Assembly: GCA_016788785.1 (NCBI GenBank)
Contig: JAEUSM010000011.1
Span: forward strand, 17,200 to 81,199
From: Candidatus Kapaibacterium sp.
GTDB taxonomy: Bacteria > Bacteroidota > Ignavibacteria > Kapaibacteriales > JAEUSM01
DNA length: 64,000 nucleotides
Direction of reading: 5' to 3'
Made by a program: the position numbers and the translations under genes. This document shows positions 9,770 through 18,603 of the stretch, one piece after another (the stretch's first letter is position 1; every line of letters begins with the position of its first letter). The notes beneath the pieces were generated by a model. The model did not search any database. It was not told the DNA's origin and was given only the letters and a program-made list of their open reading frames with translations.

Positions 9770-9882
9770 AGGGCGTACTATATCAGCATAGGGTGTAAGC
9801 CCTATGTTGATAAATGTATTGTCATTTCAGTAAATCAAGCCCTGAAAGGGCGTATTGTATCAGCATAGGGTGTAAGCCCTAT
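9770..9882 (+). repeat. REP doublet (agccctgaaagggcgta[c/t]t[a/g]tatcagcatagggtgtaagccctatg)
   Basis: Units at 9770..9805 and 9837..9882. Each unit forms two hairpins (gccc-tgaaa-gggc and cataggg-tgtaa-gccctatg). Confidence 0.85.
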
Positions 9883-9890
9883 GCTGAAAC

Positions 9891-10523
9891 CTAAAATATT
9901 GGCTTTAGGTATTCCCAACCTTCGGCTCGCATATCAGTCCAAGAAAAACCGTCGGTGTCGTTACCGGGCATAACGAAGACTGCATCTGAAATACAAGTGG
10001 TGAAATCAATTTGTTTGATACGTTGGAGTAATGCAGAATAGGTTGTGCGGTCATTGATTGCGGATTCTTCGACAGAATCCGCAAATTCACTGAGTTTTTT
10101 GAAGGAGTTTTTTTGTTGAAGCAAAAAAAGTATTGACACTACGATGTAGTGTTTGTCGATGTCAATTCGGTCGGTATCGTTCCAATCTTCAGTTGCACCA
10201 CCTGTTTCTTGGTCTATGGAAGAAGAATCAATATCATCAACCCATTGATTGAACTCTTGTTCGGCTGTTTGTGGGTTATCAATGACATCCCAATATCCAT
10301 ATTCTGCGAAAGGGAGTAATTCCAAAAGCACATCCGAAGTTTCTTTATAGAATTTCCACTTTTGTCCAGCAGTTTGCTCTGACGGAATTGCTGCAATGGC
10401 AGAATGGATTCGTTCGCGAATATTATCTTCAACCGAATTGAGAATTACTAATTGTAACCCTACAAATCCAGATTCGTCTTCGTTAGCACCAAACAGTGCT
10501 TTAAACATTCCTTTAAACTTCAT
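9891..10523 (-). CDS. hypothetical acidic protein
   Basis: 210 aa, acidic (D/E/W-rich middle), no recognisable motif. First-listed gene of the three-gene unknown cluster. Confidence 0.4.
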   Translation of the reverse strand: MKFKGMFKALFGANEDESGFVGLQLVILNSVEDNIRERIHSAIAAIPSEQTAGQKWKFYKETSDVLLELLPFAEYGYWDVIDNPQTAEQEFNQWVDDIDSSSIDQETGGATEDWNDTDRIDIDKHYIVVSILFLLQQKNSFKKLSEFADSVEESAINDRTTYSALLQRIKQIDFTTCISDAVFVMPGNDTDGFSWTDMRAEGWEYLKPIF

Positions 10524-10535
10524 ATTTTCAGTTAC

Positions 10536-12161
10536 TTACGAGAAGAATCCACCACCACGTGAGCGTCCGAAAGATCCTGAACGAGTGCCGCCTCCAGAAC
10601 GGTAAGCAGAACGGAATGAAGAACCAAAACCAACTGTTTTTCCTGTTGCCATTGAACGATTGACGGTTACTTTGCCAAAACCAGTAGGGCGAGTTTTTCC
10701 AAATCCACCCTTTCCTCCTACTGAACGTGATGCAAAAGAGGTTGTTCTACGTGCAGGAGAATAATTTGGTGCTGATGCATAACGATTGTAAGCACCCGAT
10801 GGAATCGATGTTCTATAATATGAACGATACATTGGGTAATGATAGAAAAAGAACATAGAACCCATTGGAGAACCACCATAATAATAATTCGTTGCATATT
10901 GACCAGTTCTATTTGGATTTTGGTTTGCTGCAGCAACTTGTTCTTTTGTTTCTTCAAATCGAGAAATTGGTAGTAATGCTACTTGAATTCCTTTTTCACG
11001 ATAGGTTGCAAATTCTTCGTTTATATCATCTTTTTCAATTTCTAATTCCGAAGGGGTAATATACACTACATTAGTAATGCCAGCAGATTTCAATTCATCA
11101 ACTGTAGGCAAATCTACATTATAGCGATTGTCAAAATTACCTTCTTTGATTGGTTTTAACTTCCCATCTTTTTCGGATTCAAATCTATTTCTATCCAAAA
11201 GCATCACTGTCGCACGTTTTTTCGCAGTATTTTTTGCTTTTTCACGTTCAACATAGGATGCATAATAAAGAGAAGTAGCCAAGGTTTCATGAGCAGGAAC
11301 TTCGCCTAATGGGTGAGGCCAGTTATTGAATGTTGGAATCAAGTCTGCAACATCCGCTAATGCAGCACCAACTGCAACTGATTCCCAACCTTTTAAGTCA
11401 ACCACAACCAAATTTACTTCAGGATTTTGAGCGTCCAAAAGAATTTGACGAACGCCTAACCCTTTGTTGAAGGTAGTTTTGGTAATCTGATTTGCTGAGG
11501 CTTTCATTTGAGTTTGTAAGGTTTTTTGACCTAATGACTCATACAATGAAGCGGAACTATATTTTTTGAAACGCTCGTTTGAAGGCATATAGACCTTCTT
11601 GAGCATATCAGGATTTTTGTACTTATTCCATTGAGAAGATGGCATTCCCATGTAATCCATTTCTGTAGGTGCATTGAATGCAACTTTTAAATCATCTGCA
11701 CCGGTATCCCAACCTTCTTTTTTCTGCAAGGCAACGGAATCTTCTTCTGTAACAGTAACATCATCATCGTCATCTGAGACACATTGATATAGTAGATACC
11801 CTGCTAAAATTGTACCACCTGACCATGCTAATACTTTTCCTAAAGCTTTACGACGAGAAACTGGTTTTGCCTCTGAAAAAGACGACACATTTTCACCACT
11901 ACTTCCACTTGAAGAACGAATGGTATCCAATGCTTGATAATAAATCCAATAATAATTATGATCTCGTTCATTATCCAATTGATGCATTACATATTCATCT
12001 GGAAATGCGTCAATAGTTTCGTCATCAAATTCAACTAAAATTTGGTTATCTTCAATTTCACTAACACGTCCTGTCCATCCGGACATATCAATTTCAGTTT
12101 CTTTGTCATGGAACCCAGGCTTGATCTTTACAGGTGTACCTACAGTTAAATTGTGGCTCAT
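10536..12161 (-). CDS. hypothetical membrane-anchored protein with conserved central domain and RGG/YG-rich C-terminal tail
   Basis: 541 aa. One TM helix (res ~110-130), a DDDDD linker, and a central ~150-aa domain paralogous to the next gene (motifs NWPHPLG, LLD.NR, N..YITP). The C-terminal ~130 aa is Gly/Ser/Arg/Tyr/Phe-rich low complexity. Confidence 0.5.
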   Translation of the reverse strand: MSHNLTVGTPVKIKPGFHDKETEIDMSGWTGRVSEIEDNQILVEFDDETIDAFPDEYVMHQLDNERDHNYYWIYYQALDTIRSSSGSSGENVSSFSEAKPVSRRKALGKVLAWSGGTILAGYLLYQCVSDDDDDVTVTEEDSVALQKKEGWDTGADDLKVAFNAPTEMDYMGMPSSQWNKYKNPDMLKKVYMPSNERFKKYSSASLYESLGQKTLQTQMKASANQITKTTFNKGLGVRQILLDAQNPEVNLVVVDLKGWESVAVGAALADVADLIPTFNNWPHPLGEVPAHETLATSLYYASYVEREKAKNTAKKRATVMLLDRNRFESEKDGKLKPIKEGNFDNRYNVDLPTVDELKSAGITNVVYITPSELEIEKDDINEEFATYREKGIQVALLPISRFEETKEQVAAANQNPNRTGQYATNYYYGGSPMGSMFFFYHYPMYRSYYRTSIPSGAYNRYASAPNYSPARRTTSFASRSVGGKGGFGKTRPTGFGKVTVNRSMATGKTVGFGSSFRSAYRSGGGTRSGSFGRSRGGGFFS

Positions 12162-12216
12162 TGTTTTGATGTAGATTGTTCAAGAAAAAAGAAAAATACG
12201 AAATTATTTTCAGTCT

Positions 12217-13047
12217 TCAAACTTTATTGATAAAACTTATTCGTTTGCTAAACATTGTCGATCGTTTTATATACTCTTTTTCTATAATACCTTTGTTGTT
12301 TTGAGTATTAAACCATAAGAGAGAAATCCCTGCATTGACATAATAACAAAAATCCTCATGTACATCATCGATATCATTATCGCTATTTGTAGCATAGATG
12401 ATTGTGAGAATATTTCTTTGTTTGAGTGATTCTATTGTTGGGAGTTTTGCTGTGGATCTATTGTCAAATTGAGTAGGATTATCGGTGTAATGGACTAATC
12501 TATTTGCGTCTAACAAAAGAAGTGGTAATTTTTGAGTATGTTCCGTTTTAAATTCTTCTTTCCATTGATACAGCATTTCCAAAATAGTTGTTGATGAGGT
12601 GATACCTAATGGATGAGGCAATGAATCAAACCCAAGAATTGGTTCGAAAACGTTCTTTGCTCCTACGGCAAAGGCAATAAGTTGTTCTGTAGGAAAATCC
12701 GCAATACAAACTGAGTTACCAATTTCACTTTTTTCAACAATTTGAGCAAATTTTTCACCATAGTTATAGAATTGACTATCAATAGGATGATGATTGGAAA
12801 TGTTGATTTCAAACCTATTTGATGTTTGCATCAAATAATAATTTGACCATTGAAGCCATTCCTCAGATGGAAGAAATGCTTTTATTAAGATACTTTTCGT
12901 ATCAAATTGAATTGCTGGAAATTCTACAGTATTATTCAAATGAAGTTCAATTGGCAGCTCTTTATCTAATCGAAGATAGTTTAAAAAAACTATTTTTTCT
13001 TCCTCAGAAAATTGCTTTTCCATTTTAAAGCTCTTCCACCAATTCAT
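12217..13047 (-). CDS. hypothetical protein, paralog of the central domain of the upstream 541-aa protein
   Basis: 276 aa. Shares colinear blocks with the 541-aa protein (SLPHPLG vs NWPHPLG; LLLLDANRL vs VMLLDRNRF; ILTIIYATN vs TNVVYITP; EDFCYYVNAGISL vs EEFATYREKGIQV). Confidence 0.5.
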   Translation of the reverse strand: MNWWKSFKMEKQFSEEEKIVFLNYLRLDKELPIELHLNNTVEFPAIQFDTKSILIKAFLPSEEWLQWSNYYLMQTSNRFEINISNHHPIDSQFYNYGEKFAQIVEKSEIGNSVCIADFPTEQLIAFAVGAKNVFEPILGFDSLPHPLGITSSTTILEMLYQWKEEFKTEHTQKLPLLLLDANRLVHYTDNPTQFDNRSTAKLPTIESLKQRNILTIIYATNSDNDIDDVHEDFCYYVNAGISLLWFNTQNNKGIIEKEYIKRSTMFSKRISFINKV

Positions 13048-13096
13048 TTACTTCACTTTCAAAAAATTCTTTTCAATTATTTTCAAAGATAATAGT

Positions 13097-13104
13097 ATTT
13101 TTGT
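13097..13104 (+). promoter_or_regulatory. candidate Bacteroidetes-type -7 element (TAnnTTTG)
   Basis: tatttttg, ~40 nt upstream of the 13145 start in a divergent intergenic region. Confidence 0.3.
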
Positions 13105-13144
13105 TGTTTCAAATTAGAAATTCCAATTTATCATAGTTTTTACC

Positions 13145-14836
13145 GTGCGAATTACAACACCAACCATCTATATATATTTCATTATCCTTTCTGCTGTTCT
13201 CTTTATTCCCTTTTTGGGGAATGTACATTTATTTGATTGGGATGAAATCAATTTTGCTGAAGCTGCCAGAGAGATGATTGTCAGCGGAGATTATTTGCGT
13301 GTCCAAATAGATCACGCTCCATTTTGGGAAAAACCACCGTTATTTATTTGGTTTCAGGCTATTTCGATGAATATATTCGGTATAAATGAATTTGCAGCAC
13401 GACTCCCCAATGCATTGATTGGAATTGTAACAATTACAGTTCTTTTTTGGACTGGATTGACGTTTTTTGATAGGAAGGTAGCCATATTTTGGTCTTCGGT
13501 CTATATCGCTTCGTTATTACCTCATTTTTATTTCAAATCAGGCATCATTGACCCACTGTTCAATTTGTGTATTTTTTCGACATTTGTTGTTTATGCGTTT
13601 TATCACAAAAAATTGACACAAAACCCCAAAAAACCATATCATTTGGTTGCATTGATGGGTGCAATATGCGGATTGGCAGTACTAACAAAAGGTCCTGTTG
13701 GATACTTACTCTTTATACTACCATTTACGATTGTTTCTATTTGGCGAATTATAAAAAAGGAATCATCAATTCTTGATTTTCTTATCGAAGCTTCCATTGC
13801 AACTATTGCTACAATTTCGATGTGTTCTTTGTGGTATGGAACGGAAATATTGGTGAATGGTCCTTGGTTTATGGAACAGTTCATTCAATATCAAATTCGT
13901 TTATTGACAACTGGAGATGCAGGACATAGCGGACCATTTTTCTATCATGCTGTTGTTTTGTTGATTGGATGTTTTCCTGCAAGTATCTTCTTTTTTTCTT
14001 CCTTGCGAATCAGAAAAGATGAAAATCTAACGGATAATCAGATACTATTCCACCGACTAATGTTGGTCTTGTTTTTTGTGGTATTAATACTCTTTTCTAT
14101 TGTCAAAACAAAGATTGTTCATTATTCATCGATGGCATATTTTCCGATAACATTTTTTGCAGCTCTTACTTTAACAAAGTTAATTGACAAAAAAATCGAT
14201 TGGAAAACACATTACACATGGTTACTATTTACACTTGGATTGTTATTAACAACTCTATTTGCATTGTTGCCTTGGATTGGAATGAATGCACAATGGTTGC
14301 AACAATATATTCGAGACAGATTTGCTAGAGAAAATTTGAATGCATCAGTAGAATGGACAGGAATAGAATTTAGTATAGCAGGAATTTTTCTTCTTACCAT
14401 TATTAGCACGTATGTATTTATCAAAAAGGAAAAAGTCTTTCAAGCAATGAGCACCTTGTTGGTGGGTTCTACAATTGCAATTGCAATGTTTTTACCAATG
14501 ATAGCACCAAATATTGAAGCGTATTCCCAACGTGCGGCGATTGATTTTTTTCAATCAGTGAAAGATTCTAATTGTTATGTTGAGGTATATGGGTATAAAA
14601 GTTATGCAGATTTGTTTTATACACAAAAAAAACGTTGGCAAACGACTTCAGAAAGTTTCAAAAAAACTTCATTAACCTTCGAACAATGGCTACTATATGG
14701 AGAAATTGACAGACCTGTCTATTTTGTGTCAAAAGTTACCAATACAGATTTATTTTCTGTACCTGGAATGCGATTACAATACTCAAAAAATGGGTTTTTA
14801 TTTTTCAAAAGAGAGCCTCCTTTCTCTATACGGTGA
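13145..14836 (+). CDS. ArnT/PMT-like (GT83/GT39) undecaprenyl-phosphate-sugar dependent glycosyltransferase
   Basis: 563 aa with >10 TM helices. The N-terminal periplasmic-loop motif DWDEINFAEAAREM matches the DE...AEIAREM signature of ArnT/PMT-family glycosyltransferases. Confidence 0.75.
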   Translation: MRITTPTIYIYFIILSAVLFIPFLGNVHLFDWDEINFAEAAREMIVSGDYLRVQIDHAPFWEKPPLFIWFQAISMNIFGINEFAARLPNALIGIVTITVLFWTGLTFFDRKVAIFWSSVYIASLLPHFYFKSGIIDPLFNLCIFSTFVVYAFYHKKLTQNPKKPYHLVALMGAICGLAVLTKGPVGYLLFILPFTIVSIWRIIKKESSILDFLIEASIATIATISMCSLWYGTEILVNGPWFMEQFIQYQIRLLTTGDAGHSGPFFYHAVVLLIGCFPASIFFFSSLRIRKDENLTDNQILFHRLMLVLFFVVLILFSIVKTKIVHYSSMAYFPITFFAALTLTKLIDKKIDWKTHYTWLLFTLGLLLTTLFALLPWIGMNAQWLQQYIRDRFARENLNASVEWTGIEFSIAGIFLLTIISTYVFIKKEKVFQAMSTLLVGSTIAIAMFLPMIAPNIEAYSQRAAIDFFQSVKDSNCYVEVYGYKSYADLFYTQKKRWQTTSESFKKTSLTFEQWLLYGEIDRPVYFVSKVTNTDLFSVPGMRLQYSKNGFLFFKREPPFSIR

Positions 14837-14904
14837 AACCTGTAGAAATTACTGCTATAATTTTCGTATTTTTGTATTCTTGATTTACTTTTCCAATCCA
14901 TAGA

Positions 14905-15579
14905 ATGATTACAAAATACGGATATTCCAACTTTATTCCGATGATAATTGCAGGTAGCACCTTTTTTTCATTGGGTGTTTATTTTTTCACAACGGAACTG
15001 CAGTTTTTGGGGTTTATTTTAGTACCAATAGGATTACTCATTAGCTTTTTTACTGTTTGGTTTTTTCGAGACCCTAATAGAGAGATTCCAAAACAAGCAT
15101 TAGAAAATCCAAGATGTGTACTTTCCCCAGCAGATGGAAAAATTATCGAAATTATAGAAGAATTTGAACCAGACTTTTTGAAAGCTCAAGTGAAACGTTT
15201 GACTATTTTTCTTTCTCCCATTGATGTCCACGTAAATCGTACTCCCGTTGGTGGAAAAGTTGTATACTCGAAGTATTTCGACGGGCAATATTTAGTAGCA
15301 TGGCATCCGAAAAGTTCACAGTTAAATGAACGAACGTTAGTGGGTATCGACACAGGTGTAGGAATCGTAGCGTTCAAACAAATTACTGGAGCTTTAGCAC
15401 GAAGAATTGTCTGTGAAGTAAATGTTGGGGACGAAGTTACCATTGGCGATAAAATTGGAATGATGAAATTTGGTTCTCGAATGGATATACTGTTACCATT
15501 GGATACATCCTTTACTTGTTCTGTCGGCGATGTTGTCGTTGGCGGAGTTACAATCTTAGCAACCTTACCATCAGAATAG
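14905..15579 (+). CDS. psd: phosphatidylserine decarboxylase proenzyme
   Basis: 224 aa; N-terminal membrane segment; LSPIDVHVNRTPVGG block; C-terminal FGSRMDILLP around the self-cleavage region. Confidence 0.75.
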   Translation: MITKYGYSNFIPMIIAGSTFFSLGVYFFTTELQFLGFILVPIGLLISFFTVWFFRDPNREIPKQALENPRCVLSPADGKIIEIIEEFEPDFLKAQVKRLTIFLSPIDVHVNRTPVGGKVVYSKYFDGQYLVAWHPKSSQLNERTLVGIDTGVGIVAFKQITGALARRIVCEVNVGDEVTIGDKIGMMKFGSRMDILLPLDTSFTCSVGDVVVGGVTILATLPSE

Positions 15580-15580
15580 A

Positions 15581-16810
15581 ATGAATTTTCCTCCAGTTAA
15601 AGAACAATTAGACCTTATACAACTTCATGCAGTTGATGTTTTGCCAATAGAAGAATTAGAGCAAAAACTTCAACGTTCCTATAACAAAAAACAACCGCTT
15701 ATCATCAAACTTGGTTGCGACCCATCTCGCCCTGATTTACATTTGGGACATGCAGTAGTGCTTTCGAAACTTCGTCAATTCCAAGATTTGGGACATACAG
15801 CAACACTAATTATTGGTGATTTTACTGGAATTATTGGTGACCCTACAGGAAAATCCAAAACTCGACCGGTTTTAACATTGGAAGAATCAAAAGAGAATGG
15901 TCGTTCATATTTTGAACAAGCTTCCAAAATTTTAGATCCAAACTCGGTCAACATCTTATACAACTCCGATTGGCTTTCCAATTTGCATTTTGAAGATGTT
16001 ATACGTTTGTCCTCAAAATATACTGTTGCACAAATGTTAGAACGTGATGATTTTAGTAAACGTTATAAAACGGGTGAGCCAATTTCACTTCACGAATTTT
16101 TGTATCCTTTAGCACAAGCTATGGATTCAGTGCATATAAATTCAGACGTGGAAATTGGGGGAACTGACCAGAAGTTCAATTTACTTGTCGGTCGTGAAGT
16201 TCAAAGAGCGTACGGATTGGAGCCACAATGTATATTGACTTTGCCAATTTTAGAAGGGACTGACGGAGTTGAAAAAATGAGTAAATCTTTGGACAATTAC
16301 ATTGGATTGTCTGATACTCCTCGTGAAATGTTTGGCAAAACAATGTCTATTCCAGACGTATTAATAGGAAGATACTATTCATTAGCTTTATTTTCTCCTC
16401 AATCTGAAGTAGAAACAATCGAGCAACAACTCAAGAATGGTGAACTTCATCCGAGAAATTGTAAGGTTGAACTTGCAAAAAGAATAGTTTCTCGTTATCA
16501 TTCCGCTGAAGCTGGCGAAGAAGCCTTTGCAGAATTTGAACGAATTTTTGTTAAAAAAGATATACCTGATGTAATTGATTTGTTGATTTTGTCAGGTGAA
16601 AATGCTACATCCGAACTTCCAATTGTGGATTTATTAGTCCTTACTTCGTTAGCAGAATCAAAAAGTGATGCACGAAGATTGATTCAACAAGGTGGTGTTT
16701 CTGTTGACGGAGAGAAAGTAACAGACCCTGCAATGCTTACAGATATAACTAATGAACGCTTACTAAAGGTTGGAAAACGTAAGTTTTTAAAGGTTCAATA
16801 TGAGTCTTAG
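15581..16810 (+). CDS. tyrS: tyrosyl-tRNA synthetase
   Basis: HIGH-type motif (DLHLGHAVV), KMSKS motif, C-terminal S4-like domain; 409 aa. Confidence 0.9.
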   Translation: MNFPPVKEQLDLIQLHAVDVLPIEELEQKLQRSYNKKQPLIIKLGCDPSRPDLHLGHAVVLSKLRQFQDLGHTATLIIGDFTGIIGDPTGKSKTRPVLTLEESKENGRSYFEQASKILDPNSVNILYNSDWLSNLHFEDVIRLSSKYTVAQMLERDDFSKRYKTGEPISLHEFLYPLAQAMDSVHINSDVEIGGTDQKFNLLVGREVQRAYGLEPQCILTLPILEGTDGVEKMSKSLDNYIGLSDTPREMFGKTMSIPDVLIGRYYSLALFSPQSEVETIEQQLKNGELHPRNCKVELAKRIVSRYHSAEAGEEAFAEFERIFVKKDIPDVIDLLILSGENATSELPIVDLLVLTSLAESKSDARRLIQQGGVSVDGEKVTDPAMLTDITNERLLKVGKRKFLKVQYES

Positions 16811-17894
16811 AACAGAAGACAATTTTTTAGGTGCATTTCTTGGTGCAGCTATTGGAGACGCATTGGGCTCACCTTTGGAAACGATGTCGATGATACAAAT
16901 CGAACGACGTTTTGGGAAAGGTGGAATAACCCAATTTATGCGTAACCAAGAGCTTTTGGGTGCAATTTCCGATGACACACAAATGGCTCTGTTTACCGCA
17001 GAAAGTCTTTTGCAGTCGCTTTCTCAAACTAAGGGTGTTGAGCGATCGAATATCAATTATATCGACGCCACTTACTTGGGAGCAATGCGTTGGTTACGCT
17101 CTCAAAATTTGATGTCAGAGCAATCAGATTATAAATTTGCAAATCAGGTCTATGGTGCTTCTTGGCTTACCCGAGTAAAAGATTTGTTTGTCCAAAGAAA
17201 TCCCAATGAAACGATCATTAATGCTCTGCGTTTTGGAATAATAGGAACTCCCACAAAACCTACAAACAATAGTAAATCTCCAATGGGGATGGTACGTTTG
17301 ATGCCAGTTGGATTATTCTTTGATGATTACAAAAAAGCATTTGCCATTGCAATGGAAGGAGCTGCTTCAACGGGTGGACATTACTCTGGTTATCTTTCTG
17401 CTGGGTTTTATGCAGCGTTTTTAACATTGTTGCGTGAGGGTTCACCGTTTGAAGATGCACTTAGAATTGCCATAGAACATTTACAAACCTACCGTAATCA
17501 TCACGAAATCACCCATGCATTGACCAATTGTACGAATGTTATCAATAGCAATGTTGAGCCATCTTTGAAAGTAGTCGAAAGCCTTGGTTCAGGTTGGGTT
17601 GCGGAAGAAGTATTATCCTTAAGTTTATATTGTGCATATATGTTTAAGGAAAATTTCGAAAAAGCAGTCCTTCTTTCAGTTAACCACGGTGGTGATAGCG
17701 ATACGTGTGGTTTTATCACCGGTAGCATCGTTGGACTTTTAGTTGGTGAACAACAAATACCTGAACATTTCAAAAAAGACCTTGAGTTTCGTTTAGTTAT
17801 CTCACAAATAGCAAAGGATTTCCTTATTCGCTATGAAGGAACCGAAGAATGGGTGAAAAAATACCCAGGTGGTTCACAAAGCCTTATCGTATAA
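16800..17894 (+). CDS. ADP-ribosylglycohydrolase family protein (DraG-like)
   Basis: N-terminal LGAFLGAAIGDALGSPLE is the canonical ARH motif; 364 aa; overlaps the tyrS stop by 11 bp. Confidence 0.8.
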   Translation: MSLRTEDNFLGAFLGAAIGDALGSPLETMSMIQIERRFGKGGITQFMRNQELLGAISDDTQMALFTAESLLQSLSQTKGVERSNINYIDATYLGAMRWLRSQNLMSEQSDYKFANQVYGASWLTRVKDLFVQRNPNETIINALRFGIIGTPTKPTNNSKSPMGMVRLMPVGLFFDDYKKAFAIAMEGAASTGGHYSGYLSAGFYAAFLTLLREGSPFEDALRIAIEHLQTYRNHHEITHALTNCTNVINSNVEPSLKVVESLGSGWVAEEVLSLSLYCAYMFKENFEKAVLLSVNHGGDSDTCGFITGSIVGLLVGEQQIPEHFKKDLEFRLVISQIAKDFLIRYEGTEEWVKKYPGGSQSLIV

Positions 17895-17903
17895 AGATTA
17901 CCA

Positions 17904-18599
17904 TTAATAATTAATTATTAACTCTCCTCTTCCAAATAAGCGCACTCCATTCGGTATATTTGTTCCAGTCGCTTTTGAAAATACACTGTAGGAAAATATA
18001 ACTCTAATTCTATTTCGATTTTCTATTTTTTCAAATCTCACAATACATCTTGAATTTGTATCATAATCTACTCTAATATCCTCTTGAATTTTTTGATTTG
18101 TATATGTATAAATGAGAAAATTATCATTTGGTGATAAGTCTTTTTTTGTATATATAATCTCTTCATCATTTACTAAATCAATGGTATCTTCGATTGATAA
18201 GAAAATTTGTTTTAATAAAAAATTTTGACCTTCTCGTTGTCTAGGCGGGTTAAGTTTGGAAGAGCTTGCAGTAAATTTCAAAATAACTCTCGGCATATTT
18301 CTTTGGTTTACTTTGTTTGTATCTATTAAAATAGATTCAATAACATTATTTGTCCATAGTGGAATAGAAAAATCATTTGGATTCAATGGCTGAATAGTAT
18401 TATCATGAATTAAATTCAAAACTACTTCTTTTGGCTTAATCAAAGGTGCTGGTTGAAATGGAGGTGGGTCTATAATAGTTTTGCCATTTGGATCTTCAAC
18501 ATCTACTGGAGATACACAAGCTTGCATCGCCACCACCAAAAGTATAATGGAAAATAGTTTCAATAGAATGGTTTGTGTATTTATAATTTTAGTTTTCAT
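17904..18599 (-). CDS. lipoprotein, hypothetical
   Basis: Signal peptide plus lipobox (AMQAC); last gene of the sigma / anti-sigma operon. Confidence 0.4.
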   Translation of the reverse strand: MKTKIINTQTILLKLFSIILLVVAMQACVSPVDVEDPNGKTIIDPPPFQPAPLIKPKEVVLNLIHDNTIQPLNPNDFSIPLWTNNVIESILIDTNKVNQRNMPRVILKFTASSSKLNPPRQREGQNFLLKQIFLSIEDTIDLVNDEEIIYTKKDLSPNDNFLIYTYTNQKIQEDIRVDYDTNSRCIVRFEKIENRNRIRVIFSYSVFSKATGTNIPNGVRLFGRGELIINY

Positions 18600-18603
18600 A
18601 GTC

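Larger units (their letters stand above)
9101..9882. mobile_element. REPIN-RAYT unit (RAYT gene bracketed by inverted REP doublets)
   Basis: The REP doublets at the two ends are reverse complements of each other and enclose the RAYT ORF. Confidence 0.75.

Noticed and set aside
10396-10605. Plus-strand ORF encoding a Pro/Arg/Glu-rich peptide (PPPRERPKDPERVPPPER)
   Set aside because: It is antisense to the low-complexity GGSGR tail of the 541-aa gene. Low-complexity regions routinely create open reverse frames.
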